DNA from: a virus
Taxonomy: Duplodnaviria > Caudoviricetes
Length of the DNA: 64,000 nt
IMG/VR virus record: IMGVR_UViG_3300013108_000151
Location: 882 to 64,881 of that record
Direction: 5' to 3' (one strand)
Shown: piece after piece, positions 38,427 through 47,862 of the stretch
Layout: every line of letters starts with the position of its first letter
Numbering within the stretch: the stretch's first letter is position 1
Notes under the pieces: model-generated
The model's input: the letters and a program-made list of their open reading frames with translations, nothing else
Told to the model about the DNA's origin: nothing
Database searches by the model: none
Translations under genes and position numbers: made by a program

Positions 38427-39004
38427 TGAGTGATAAGAAAGTATTAACACCAGCAGATATGATACCACCTAAAGTAGAATTGCTTATGAATGGTATGTAT
38501 ATGTTTATGGGAGATGTTTCTATGGAAACAATGAATCCTGTTATAGATTGGATTCTTGCCGAGAACATGAAAAAAACTAATAAAGCAAAAGAACTAACCT
38601 TAGGGATTTGTTCAAGAGGCGGTGACCTAAATGCCTGCTTTGCCTTAGTTGATGTTATGAGGGCTTCCTCTATACCAGTTAGGACAATAGGACTAGGCAT
38701 GATTGCTTCATGCGGATTGTTATTGTTTATATCGGGTAAGAAAGGCCGCAGGATACTTACACCTAATACAGCAATATTATCACATCAGTATAGTTGGGGT
38801 AGTGCTGGTAAGGAACACGAACTATTTGCTCGTGTAAAAGAACTAGAACTAACAACAGAAAGAATGATTGAACACTATAAAAAGTGTACAGGTTTAACAG
38901 AAAAGAAAATAAGAGAGTTCTTATTGCCACCGCAAGATGTGTGGTTAAGTGCCAAAGAGGCTAAAGAATTAAAACTATGTGATAGGGTTGAAAACATAAA
39001 ATAA
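38426..39004 (+). CDS. clpP: ATP-dependent Clp protease proteolytic subunit
   Basis: ICSRGG, MIASCG (Ser), LSHQ (His), DVWLSAKEA (Asp). Confidence 0.9.
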   Translation: MSDKKVLTPADMIPPKVELLMNGMYMFMGDVSMETMNPVIDWILAENMKKTNKAKELTLGICSRGGDLNACFALVDVMRASSIPVRTIGLGMIASCGLLLFISGKKGRRILTPNTAILSHQYSWGSAGKEHELFARVKELELTTERMIEHYKKCTGLTEKKIREFLLPPQDVWLSAKEAKELKLCDRVENIK

Positions 39005-39026
39005 ATATACCGAAAGGAGGTTACTA

Positions 39027-39158
39027 ATGTATAATAGAAATGTTTGGACAGGAATACTAATATTAGCAATCTTATGTATGGCATTTTTTCTTAAGCCAGC
39101 ACACGGTACAGAAATAAATGTGTTTTCAAATAAAAAAGAGAATTTAACCTGCTACTAA
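39027..39158 (+). CDS. small secreted/membrane peptide
   Basis: AAAGGAGG RBS; signal-peptide-like MYNRNVWTGILILAILCMAFFLKPAHG. Confidence 0.5.
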   Translation: MYNRNVWTGILILAILCMAFFLKPAHGTEINVFSNKKENLTCY

Positions 39159-39799
39159 TTAGCGAAGTATCGCATTGTTATTGAATCTCTATTAAAGTCA
39201 GTCATGTCTTTAATTGGATTTACTTTATGCCAGGAATGATCACTTGGTTTAATACACCAGACAACATTGGGTATATAAGATATCTCTTTTATCTCTGTAA
39301 ACTGGTCATTATTTTTCTCTAATAATCTTACACCCAAATTAGAATGACTATCATCTATAGGACAATATAGTTGAAAATGAATTACAAAATCTCGCCAATC
39401 ATCTGTATGTGGCTTTAAATCTATATTAATCTCTCGTATTAATTCCGCGCCACCGTGTGCTTCTTGTTTAATATTAAACTTATTAAGTATTAGTTCTTTA
39501 ACTTTTACATCTGATAATAACGATTCAACTTCGGCATGTACGTTATCCGCTTTATACATGTTGTACGTTATTGTTCCTGCCTTATGTACATTCTCAGCCG
39601 TAGGCTTTTCAAATCCTTGCTCGGGGATTTCAATTTTTTCTATAGCATGAAGATTATCATTTGTTAAGTTATTATTAGCCTGTACTAACCTGTCATACAA
39701 TTCTTGTGGCAAAAAGTCGTGTATAATAAAGTGAGGAAATGGTTTACTTGATATTAATGCTTTATTAATTTTTGATAATATATGTTCTAAATGTTCCAT
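39155..39799 (-). CDS. 2OG-Fe(II) oxygenase
   Basis: PFPHFII, HTD, SWHKV, R-x-S. Confidence 0.8.
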   Translation of the reverse strand: MEHLEHILSKINKALISSKPFPHFIIHDFLPQELYDRLVQANNNLTNDNLHAIEKIEIPEQGFEKPTAENVHKAGTITYNMYKADNVHAEVESLLSDVKVKELILNKFNIKQEAHGGAELIREINIDLKPHTDDWRDFVIHFQLYCPIDDSHSNLGVRLLEKNNDQFTEIKEISYIPNVVWCIKPSDHSWHKVNPIKDMTDFNRDSITMRYFAN

Positions 39800-39815
39800 A
39801 ATAATATTTATACTC

Positions 39816-39907
39816 TGGTAGAAGTGCCCGGAATCGAACCGAGTCGAGAACGCTAATCTGGCGCTGAAAGGAATATAAACCCTCCCTGTGTACCAACACC
39901 CACTTCC
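39816..39907 (-). tRNA. atypical class-II tRNA with UAU anticodon (Ile)
   Basis: GGAAGTG/CACTTCT-ACCA acceptor, GGTTCGATTCC T-arm, GAGGG-TTTATAT-TCCTT anticodon arm, long V-arm. Confidence 0.7.
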
Positions 39908-39921
39908 CGCAGAATAGAATT

Positions 39922-39996
39922 TGGTAACACCTAGGGGAATCGAACCCCTCTTGCCAGGATGAAAACCTGGAGTCCTAACCGATAGACGAAGGTGTC
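39922..39996 (-). tRNA. tRNA-Glu(UUC)
   Basis: canonical cloverleaf, CCAGG-TTTTCAT-CCTGG, encoded CCA. Confidence 0.93.
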
Positions 39997-40453
39997 ATGT
40001 TATACTGTGGGGTGTTGTTTGTGATATGTAGTAACCATACCAATGCTCCCCAAATCTATTATTAATCCTTTTGTAAAACTTTGGTTCAACTGTAACATCA
40101 ACAATATAAACATTATCTTTGTCACTACGTTTATTGTAAAATAGCAAATAACAAGGTGCTTTGTGTTTTAAAGCATACTTTCTATACTCTAAAAGTTTTT
40201 CGTCAACACTCCAAAATCTTTCAGGGTGACCATTTACTTTATATGTTTCACGTTTGTTTTTGCTATCGTAAAAGGCAATTATTTTTTTCCCTTTCTTGAT
40301 TATATGATCAGGAACTGCTAGACCATCCTCCCTAAACTCTTCAGGTTCGTGTATGCTACATTTAGGATGAATTCTCTCAATTACTTTGAGAGCATGATTC
40401 TTTTCTAGCCTGTTACCAAACTTTAAATCTTTTTTAAACTGTTTCGATGTCAT
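39995..40453 (-). CDS. PD-(D/E)xK nuclease-like protein
   Basis: G..LE, VPDH, YDSK pattern; start re-set to MTSKQF. Confidence 0.6.
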   Translation of the reverse strand: MTSKQFKKDLKFGNRLEKNHALKVIERIHPKCSIHEPEEFREDGLAVPDHIIKKGKKIIAFYDSKNKRETYKVNGHPERFWSVDEKLLEYRKYALKHKAPCYLLFYNKRSDKDNVYIVDVTVEPKFYKRINNRFGEHWYGYYISQTTPHSIT

Positions 40454-40763
40454 CAGCAACTCTAACGGCGGTAACATTTGCCCAAATAAAACTACGCCAA
40501 CCTTCTGCTTTGACATCCCAAACACTTTGTAAGTGTTCCTTAGCAGGCTTAGGCTCTTCACCTTCTGCCAAAGGTTTAGGACGATTTTCTAATGGAATTG
40601 CTTCATTTACTAGTGTACACGTCATTACACGTTGTTCGCCGTTTTTCTTAGTAAACGTAACTTCCATAATGTTTGACTGTAAGTCTTCTTTAACTTCAGC
40701 CTTACGGGTAGGATCGTCAAACCCTACATCTTCAAATAATTTTGATTCCATTTTATACTCCAA
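40434..40763 (-). CDS. WYL-like SH3-fold phage protein
   Basis: VTFTKKNGEQRVM..TL, VWDV...GWRSF. Confidence 0.75.
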   Translation of the reverse strand: MEYKMESKLFEDVGFDDPTRKAEVKEDLQSNIMEVTFTKKNGEQRVMTCTLVNEAIPLENRPKPLAEGEEPKPAKEHLQSVWDVKAEGWRSFIWANVTAVRVADDIETV

Positions 40764-41067
40764 AATAAAATTTCATTAGACCCATTCCAATTATAGCCAC
40801 TAATACAGCATTTAAAACAATAAGAGCCCTATCATGCCATAATAAACCTACCCAAAACCAGCCTAGAGTTCCAAAAAAACCAAACCATAAATCAACATGA
40901 GGTAATGTTCCTGTTGCTCTAGCCGATGTGGCTACTAGAATTAGTATAACTGAAACCCACTTAACATACCAAGATAAATCATACCTTGGGGTTATTTTCT
41001 TAAAAACCCTAGTTGAGTTTAGGGCTTTTATTTTGTCGTTAAGTTTTAATACTTTATTCTCAGCCAT
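40753..41067 (-). CDS. 3-TM membrane protein
   Basis: DLSWYVKW..WHDRAL, hydrophobic. Confidence 0.65.
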   Translation of the reverse strand: MAENKVLKLNDKIKALNSTRVFKKITPRYDLSWYVKWVSVILILVATSARATGTLPHVDLWFGFFGTLGWFWVGLLWHDRALIVLNAVLVAIIGMGLMKFYFGV

Positions 41068-41166
41068 AAAAAAACTTACCTACTTCCCATACAATTAAAA
41101 ACGATACCATAAACCATACCGTGTTTTTCATTGAGTTTACTGAACGTTCTAACTTATCAATTGGCT

Positions 41167-41910
41167 TCATACTTTCTCCTCGACCTTTTTAACATAATTT
41201 AAACTTGTTTCCCAAGCACCCTTGTAATGTTTACTAATACCAAGACGTTTAATCTTTGCCTTGATATTAATAACATCGTTCCTCTCTCCTAATTCTTTTC
41301 CGTTCCAAAAGTTAACAAGAAACTTGTCGTTGTATATTCCTGTATAAATGTAAGACTCATAGTTCTTAGAGTAAAATACATTTATAAGTTCAACATCACC
41401 TTCTATCTTGTCACCTACTGATCCAATATATTCATGTGTACAATTTGCTAGTACATCATCTTCTAGTTTTTCTTTGTTAATATCTCTAGCATAAGCAGAC
41501 GGAGTTGACGTTAATAGTCCTACACCTAATGCTGGAATCTCTTCTGTGTCTAAAGTTTTCCAAATGTTTTCCACATAGTCATTTAATTGACCACCTAGTG
41601 CTTCAAACAGTTTGCCTTGGTAGTGTAATTTAATATCTTCTGCTAGACACTTATCTTCCATTGTAATTTCAATTTTTACTTTTTCTAAAAACTTATGTAA
41701 TTCTTTATGGTATCCGTAACTAGGAAGTCCTGACACTAAAAAATATACCAACGACTTGTTACTTGCCTTTACAACCTTATATGATGTATACCCTCCATCT
41801 CCTTTAAGGTATTCAGTCTTATCTTCTTTGAGGTATTCACCATTAAAACGTTGAGCGGCACAAGCCGCCTGTAATACTAAATCTGTATTATACATTTTTT
41901 TAGGTTTCAT
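41167..41910 (-). CDS. hypothetical early protein with C-terminal OB-like fold
   Basis: YIGSVGDKIEG...ETSLNYVK. Confidence 0.6.
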   Translation of the reverse strand: MKPKKMYNTDLVLQAACAAQRFNGEYLKEDKTEYLKGDGGYTSYKVVKASNKSLVYFLVSGLPSYGYHKELHKFLEKVKIEITMEDKCLAEDIKLHYQGKLFEALGGQLNDYVENIWKTLDTEEIPALGVGLLTSTPSAYARDINKEKLEDDVLANCTHEYIGSVGDKIEGDVELINVFYSKNYESYIYTGIYNDKFLVNFWNGKELGERNDVINIKAKIKRLGISKHYKGAWETSLNYVKKVEEKV

Positions 41911-41930
41911 TGTTTTATTCCTCAAATACA

Positions 41931-42218
41931 TTAAGCAACTCTGTTAGATGTGTAAGAGTCAAGTGCTTTAGCAAGTTCTTCATCTGTCATAGAACTAATG
42001 CCAATGCTTCTAGCATAACTTTTAGAATAGTCATTTGCTACAACTTCATACAAACAACACTCATCTTGATACCTATCAAATTGAGCAGGAGTAGTAATAC
42101 CATATTCTGCCCAATGTTTAGGATCTTCAACAATAGTACCAATCCAAAGATTAGGATTAGAATCCATCTCTTTTTTAGATTTTTCGTTAATTGCTTTGAT
42201 GTGTTTAACTAATTCCAT
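41931..42218 (-). CDS. hypothetical early protein
   Basis: start MELVKH; HWAEYGIT. Confidence 0.55.
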   Translation of the reverse strand: MELVKHIKAINEKSKKEMDSNPNLWIGTIVEDPKHWAEYGITTPAQFDRYQDECCLYEVVANDYSKSYARSIGISSMTDEELAKALDSYTSNRVA

Positions 42219-42520
42219 TATGCCGCCATCCTTTCTTCTACTATAGTACGAATACAAATTTTGTAGTTTTCTTGTGTAGGTTTCATACCGTTTTGTTTAC
42301 ACAATTTCTTAGCCATTGGAGTCATAAACCCTTTTGACTCTAGGATTGTTAAAGGTGATTCACCTTCTTTGTAACGAGTAAAATACTCTTCAGGAGTAAA
42401 GTGCTTAATTAGAAAGTTCTTGAAAGAACCTTGATATTTTACATATTTAAAACGAGCAACGAATTCACCTTTATAAGTTAGGTATCCTCCGTAGTAATCG
42501 AACCCTTCTTTTTTAAACAT
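42218..42520 (-). CDS. hypothetical early protein
   Basis: AAGGAG RBS, directly after early promoter. Confidence 0.6.
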   Translation of the reverse strand: MFKKEGFDYYGGYLTYKGEFVARFKYVKYQGSFKNFLIKHFTPEEYFTRYKEGESPLTILESKGFMTPMAKKLCKQNGMKPTQENYKICIRTIVEERMAA

Positions 42521-42555
42521 ATTTCTTACTCCTTCTTCTTATTAACTATACTACT

Positions 42556-42603
42556 ATTATACACGAATTAGGCCAAAAGTCAACCAAAATCACGTCTTTT
42601 TTT
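42556..42603 (-). promoter_or_regulatory. early promoter with upstream AAAAGACGTGA element
   Basis: TTGACT-16nt-TATAAT; upstream motif shared with 60554-60602. Confidence 0.7.
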
Positions 42604-42616
42604 CATATTTTTTTAG

Positions 42617-43432
42617 TTATTTGAAGATTTCGTCGAAATATTCAGCAAATTTGGGCATATTTTTGGAATGTAAGTGGTTATCATCGTAACAAAACTGTTT
42701 AAGATGCTGTCTTACTACTTCTAAGTTGGTAACTTTTCCTATATCCTGCTCATACTTCCATTCACTTATATTATCTGGTTTAAGCAATGTCAATTTGTTA
42801 GAATTAATTTCTAATCCGTTAGGTTTCCAACTAAACCAAAATACCTTTTTACCTTTGCTTACTAAGAAGTCGTTTATTACTTCACATTGTGCTATTGTAT
42901 CTAAAAACCTAGATTTCATTCCGTCATCAAATGTTGATAGTACTCTTACATAACCTTGCCATTGCTTTGGTCCTAGGTGAAATGGCATATTTGTATGCTT
43001 CGTCCAATATTGATTTAAGTCATCAGAATCCATAAGCACTTGGCTATCATCTATTATTGATGCAGAAATTTTACGAAACTCCTCATCTAAGTTTTGAGGT
43101 TTTCCTGCCTGCCATATTTGTACAGGAAAATGTATATCATAGTTCTCTCCATACTCGTTATCTGTGTGTGCTAATATACGTTGAGCATTTGGTATTTCAA
43201 AAACAAATACATCAGGATTATACCTATCTAGTAATGTTAGTAATCTTTTAAAATATGTAGTAATACCATGCCCACTTTCACTACAGTTATAGATTGTATT
43301 AGAGGGATGCCTTTCAGATACTGCTTGAATAAGGTTTGTTTGGAATTCAAACCTTAAGTTATCACTACTGCGATATTCGTCCTCACATGAGTGTAGATAA
43401 CTTGTTCCTATGAAAGAATAAGACTTACTCAT
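42617..43432 (-). CDS. divergent SGNH-like protein, paralog A
   Basis: FIGTSY, YNCSESGHG, DRYNPDVFVFEI, DDNHLH. Confidence 0.65.
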   Translation of the reverse strand: MSKSYSFIGTSYLHSCEDEYRSSDNLRFEFQTNLIQAVSERHPSNTIYNCSESGHGITTYFKRLLTLLDRYNPDVFVFEIPNAQRILAHTDNEYGENYDIHFPVQIWQAGKPQNLDEEFRKISASIIDDSQVLMDSDDLNQYWTKHTNMPFHLGPKQWQGYVRVLSTFDDGMKSRFLDTIAQCEVINDFLVSKGKKVFWFSWKPNGLEINSNKLTLLKPDNISEWKYEQDIGKVTNLEVVRQHLKQFCYDDNHLHSKNMPKFAEYFDEIFK

Positions 43433-44303
43433 TAATAAAAAGTGGATCAAAGTACTCACTAAAACTGATCATATGTTCGGCTTTTAAATGAGATCCGTTG
43501 TCATAACAAAAAGTATTAAAGTGGTTTTCGTACTTTTCGCCTAATGATATTAGTTGTTGCCTGTAAGGTGGTTGCTTTCCAAATTTCCTATAGTATTCCC
43601 ATTCTATCATCGGAGTGTCGTCGTGTAATACATGAAAGTCATTAGGTATTTCTACCGTATGACTATCAGCATGCCATCTAAACCAATGAACTTCTTTACC
43701 TTTATTTTTTAAATAGTGATCTATTAGTTTATATACTGCCATGTTATCTGAATGTCTAGCATGTACACCTTTTTCTAATTGTGATACTAGTCTTTTGAAA
43801 GCAAACCATTCGTTCTGTGTAAAATCAGCTCGTACTCCCTTTTCACTCCACATGTCATTTAAATCGCTAGTACTTAAAAAGCCGTGCCCTGTATCTAGTA
43901 ATGGCTTATCGTAATATCTAAATGGGTCATCTTTGTTTTGTGGACTACCGCCTTTCCAAATTTGTATTGGAAAATGTTTATCATAATTAAAATAATACTC
44001 ATCGTTGAAATGTAAAGTATATCTCTCACCATCTGTAATTTCAATGACAAAAACATCTGGGTCATAACGATCAAGTAATGTGTGTACTCTTTTAGCATAT
44101 AAATCAGTGCCGTGACCACCTTCACTACAGTTATATAAAGTATGCTCAGGATACCTTTGTGATAATGCTCTAACGATATTCATTTTGCTAGAATATCTAC
44201 CATGATCACTAACTGTAGGAAACGTTTCGTCTTGGTAGCCAGGTTCGCATAGCACTATGTAACTTGTTCCTATAAAAGCAATTTTTGGTGTTTTATGTTT
44301 CAT
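43425..44303 (-). CDS. divergent SGNH-like protein, paralog B
   Basis: FIGTSY, YNCSEGGHG, DRYDPDVFVIEI, DNGSHL. Confidence 0.65.
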   Translation of the reverse strand: MKHKTPKIAFIGTSYIVLCEPGYQDETFPTVSDHGRYSSKMNIVRALSQRYPEHTLYNCSEGGHGTDLYAKRVHTLLDRYDPDVFVIEITDGERYTLHFNDEYYFNYDKHFPIQIWKGGSPQNKDDPFRYYDKPLLDTGHGFLSTSDLNDMWSEKGVRADFTQNEWFAFKRLVSQLEKGVHARHSDNMAVYKLIDHYLKNKGKEVHWFRWHADSHTVEIPNDFHVLHDDTPMIEWEYYRKFGKQPPYRQQLISLGEKYENHFNTFCYDNGSHLKAEHMISFSEYFDPLFINE

Positions 44304-44305
44304 AA

Positions 44306-44680
44306 TTAAAAAGGTAAATCATCTTCTTCAGGATCTGGTGGTGTTAGTAGTTCTAATGTTATATGCTTTTCGACTTCTAACTCATATGCTTCTGCCATTG
44401 CTTTAATGTGAGGGTGCTTTTCTTCCATTTCTTTGTTACGATTTAATTTAGCAGGAATACCTAATACTTTTTCAATCCTTTCTAACCTTGTATCTATGTC
44501 AGTGACAGTTCGTTCTGTAAAAGATTCTGTGCTGTTTTCTGTATCTGTGAAGTGTATGTCTTTATAATTACCAAGTGAAACAGTAACATCAGATAAGGTA
44601 GTTGAATAATTCCATTGATCTAATGTCTTTTCGGCATCATCTAAGTCTAACTCTAATTGATATTCATCTTCTGGGTTCAT
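44306..44680 (-). CDS. acidic hypothetical protein
   Basis: RLERIEKVLGI, acidic DDLPF tail. Confidence 0.55.
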   Translation of the reverse strand: MNPEDEYQLELDLDDAEKTLDQWNYSTTLSDVTVSLGNYKDIHFTDTENSTESFTERTVTDIDTRLERIEKVLGIPAKLNRNKEMEEKHPHIKAMAEAYELEVEKHITLELLTPPDPEEDDLPF

Positions 44681-45960
44681 AATTCTATTCTCTCTTCTTT
44701 TTTAGATCGCAATTTTGTAGCAATTGATCCACAGTTGTCTATACAAATGTTAAGTCTAGGCTTTTCAGGATCATCTGTTCTATTGTTCCAACTGTCTTGT
44801 AAGTCTTCTTGAAAGAACTTATGATGTAAAATATCTTCTAACGTGTGATGACTAGTGTAGTTCCAGTTTTCATCATACTTGTTAACATAGTTATTATGAT
44901 ACTCGTTATCAGGTTGTCCTTGCTCGTTTGCTGAATCTTTATTCCATGGTCTACCAAAGTATGCTGTCATATGACAGCAAACATGTACACGACCGTCCCA
45001 TTCGATTTGTAGTTTACCTTCGTTACCCCATTGACACCAAATGCTACAATTATTAGCATAGTCGTCCATGTCGTTATTAAACTCTTCAACTACAATTTCC
45101 TTTGCTTTCTTTTCCATGTCTTTGTATGCTTCTGTTGTATGGCTGTGTTCAGCACCTTCTGACATGTCTTTTTTCTTTACTTTAGTAAAGCCTGAGTGTT
45201 CATAACTTGTTTCTTTTTCTGCTACAGTCATTACACCTGTTCTAATTGCTTCTTCTCTTAATGAATTAGAAATGTGTTCTGCCATTCTACTACGTCTTAT
45301 ATCAAACCTAGAGAATCCGTATTCTTTTGCTAGTTGTTTGGCTTCTTCTATTTGATGTTTGTTGTGTTCAAATTCTATAAACTGCCATACTGCTACTCCG
45401 CCAGCATCCATAAACCATTTGGCTCTTTCTAAAACCGCTTCGTAAGGTACGCCACGACGGTACATTTGGTGTGTTTTATCGTCAACTCCTTCAAGAGCAA
45501 ATATAACTTCCGAGTTATTAGGATTATATCTTTCACTAGCAATCTTGCCTAGTTCAGTCCAAAATGCTTTGTCTCTAACACCACCGTTTGTGCTAATCCA
45601 CAAGTCAGTACGTCTATTACGATCGTTTGCTTTACGTTGTTCTTTTTGTGAGTCACTTACGTCTGCTATGTAAGTTAATATTTCAATCAAATCTGGATGC
45701 ATTATACAGTCACCAAACGTACCATTAAAGTCTAATGTTTTAAGTCCGCCCATTACTGTAGGAGTAAAAATATTCTTAACAGTTTCTAAAGGCATGTTAC
45801 CTTTGTGTCCTACTTTAATAGCAGGATTAATATCGCCCTCTTTAAGTCCTAGCCTTGGTACATCAGATGCTACACGTCGTAGACAACCTGGGCAGAAACT
45901 ATTACAATTGGCTGTAATATCTATTGTGATTCTTCTAAGTTTTTTTGGATTTAAAAACAT
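44677..45960 (-). CDS. radical SAM protein with SPASM/twitch-like C-terminus
   Basis: CNSFCPGC, STNGG, C..DGRVHVCC, CIDNC. Confidence 0.88.
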   Translation of the reverse strand: MFLNPKKLRRITIDITANCNSFCPGCLRRVASDVPRLGLKEGDINPAIKVGHKGNMPLETVKNIFTPTVMGGLKTLDFNGTFGDCIMHPDLIEILTYIADVSDSQKEQRKANDRNRRTDLWISTNGGVRDKAFWTELGKIASERYNPNNSEVIFALEGVDDKTHQMYRRGVPYEAVLERAKWFMDAGGVAVWQFIEFEHNKHQIEEAKQLAKEYGFSRFDIRRSRMAEHISNSLREEAIRTGVMTVAEKETSYEHSGFTKVKKKDMSEGAEHSHTTEAYKDMEKKAKEIVVEEFNNDMDDYANNCSIWCQWGNEGKLQIEWDGRVHVCCHMTAYFGRPWNKDSANEQGQPDNEYHNNYVNKYDENWNYTSHHTLEDILHHKFFQEDLQDSWNNRTDDPEKPRLNICIDNCGSIATKLRSKKEERIEL

Positions 45961-46586
45961 TATATCATGTTGCTGTTATCTAGTATATACCCAGCACTAT
46001 CCTTGTTAAGTAATACATTTAGCACTACCATAGTCATATTATCATAACCACAGTTGAATAGCAAATGTTGTTTACAAGTATTTACAAAATAAGTAGCACC
46101 GTAATCCCAATGTAGAATTCTGTCTTCCATTATCATATAACTATGTGTAGGATTCATATTCTCTAAAGGAATTAAAAGCCTAAATGAATCTATGTCTGTT
46201 CCATAACTATCAATGTGAGGAGGAAAGTATCCGCCTGGTCTTAGTTGTAGTACATGACATCTTACTAAATGCTCTTTAATGGGATCTAGTACTTCTTTAA
46301 ATATATCATATATAGGTGTAGGAGTAACAAAGTCTAATTCAGTTAATTGTGTATTATGTTCTCTATTGTATTGTAATAAACTATCTAAGTCAGGCCCGGC
46401 ACCTAACTTACCATCTAAATTTGTTATGCTTAGACCCCATCTGTTGTTAACTGTACGTGGATTGTAGCGGGTATAATGCTTTTCGTAGGGTTTGAGTTGC
46501 TGTAATATATCATAAGGATTTAGATCCTTATTAAGTTGAAACTGATCACCGTATGCTGTTAATGTATTGTATAACTCAAAACTCAT
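45960..46586 (-). CDS. Asp/Asn beta-hydroxylase-like 2OG-Fe(II) oxygenase
   Basis: LRPGGYFPPHID, RLLIPL, H.LFN. Confidence 0.75.
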   Translation of the reverse strand: MSFELYNTLTAYGDQFQLNKDLNPYDILQQLKPYEKHYTRYNPRTVNNRWGLSITNLDGKLGAGPDLDSLLQYNREHNTQLTELDFVTPTPIYDIFKEVLDPIKEHLVRCHVLQLRPGGYFPPHIDSYGTDIDSFRLLIPLENMNPTHSYMIMEDRILHWDYGATYFVNTCKQHLLFNCGYDNMTMVVLNVLLNKDSAGYILDNSNMI

Positions 46587-47512
46587 TTTTTACCAATCTG
46601 TGCTAACTCAACTAGTGTTGCCGACAGATTGATTTCAGGATCACTAACCATACTATGATTAACTAATCCTTTTCTAATTGTTAGAATTGCTTCGTCTTGA
46701 CTTTCATCAGTTGTACCCCATAACTCTAAGTTATCATACATCCAACGAAACAAGTCTTCCATTTCGTCTGCTCTTACTTGACTACACAATAGTTTTCTTG
46801 CTTCTCTAATTTGTCCAGCCTTAATCATGTCTACCATTTGTAGTCTATAATCTGCTGTAGTATTTTCTGCTTCTTGAGGACTTTGTAGTGTGTTATCAAC
46901 TGTATTCATTTGACACAAGTTTAAACATTTTCTCAAGTCTGGATACGTTGCTTTTACATAACTGTCTAGTACATCTAGTTCTACTTCAACTTTTTCATTT
47001 ACCAATACAGTTGCTACCCTAGTTGTAAAGTCTGTCATGTCTAGTTTCTCAATATGAAACCCTTGACATCTACTATGAAGTGCTGGAATAACTCTGTTAG
47101 GATAGTTACAAGTTAAAATAAATCTTGCTGTGTTGGCATACATTTCCATAACACCACGTAATGCCGCCTGCCCGTTTGGACTAATATAATCTGCTTCATC
47201 TAGTAACACAACCTTAAAGTCGCCAAATGGCATTGTTTGTACAAAGCCTGTAATCTTATCTCTAATTGTATCTACGGAGTTTTCTCTACTAGCATTAATC
47301 TCTAGTATATCATACTCATCTACTTCTAATACATTTAGTAATACTTTTGCTAGTGTAGTTTTACCCGTACCTGGAGCACCACTAAACAACAAGTGTGGAA
47401 TTGCTTTATCATTGACCCAAGCCTGAACTTGTTTCTTTTGTGCTTCGTCACGAAACACATAGTCTTCGATTGTTTTAGGTCTATATTTCTCAGTCCAAAG
47501 TTGTTTCATCAT
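46583..47512 (-). CDS. clamp loader ATPase subunit (gp44/RFC-like)
   Basis: WTEKYRP, GAPGTGKT, LDEAD, SRC. Confidence 0.93.
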   Translation of the reverse strand: MMKQLWTEKYRPKTIEDYVFRDEAQKKQVQAWVNDKAIPHLLFSGAPGTGKTTLAKVLLNVLEVDEYDILEINASRENSVDTIRDKITGFVQTMPFGDFKVVLLDEADYISPNGQAALRGVMEMYANTARFILTCNYPNRVIPALHSRCQGFHIEKLDMTDFTTRVATVLVNEKVEVELDVLDSYVKATYPDLRKCLNLCQMNTVDNTLQSPQEAENTTADYRLQMVDMIKAGQIREARKLLCSQVRADEMEDLFRWMYDNLELWGTTDESQDEAILTIRKGLVNHSMVSDPEINLSATLVELAQIGKK

Positions 47513-47623
47513 TGCCTCTTATTAGTTTTATTATATTGTATATCAACCAACTAAATCCAACTGTGTTTACTATTAATACAATTATACTAAGTGTGTTCCA
47601 GTGTTCTAAGTAAGTCATAGTAT

Positions 47624-47653
47624 ATTATACAACAATCCACCAGTATTTGTCAA
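47624..47653 (-). promoter_or_regulatory. sigma70-type promoter
   Basis: TTGACA-18nt-TATAAT. Confidence 0.7.
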
Positions 47654-47655
47654 GT

Positions 47656-47862
47656 TTAATATCGAGGAATATTGGCCATTGCTCTTTGAGTATCGGCATC
47701 GTTTTGGGCTGTTTGGACAGCCTTTTTTAACTCAGAATTTTCACGTCGTAAGCGTTTATTTTCAGTAATAAGATCGTCAATTCGTCTTTCCAAATCCAAC
47801 GGGCCTCTATCATCAGGTAAACTGGCTATGTATTCATTTGCTGTCATTTTCTCTTTTGTCAT
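47656..47862 (-). CDS. small coiled-coil protein
   Basis: LERRIDDLITENKRL. Confidence 0.5.
   Translation of the reverse strand: MTKEKMTANEYIASLPDDRGPLDLERRIDDLITENKRLRRENSELKKAVQTAQNDADTQRAMANIPRY

Noticed and set aside
44677-45960. QueE completing the deazaguanine pathway
   Set aside because: 427 aa with SPASM-like Cys, lacks QueE signatures and lies about 40 kb from folE
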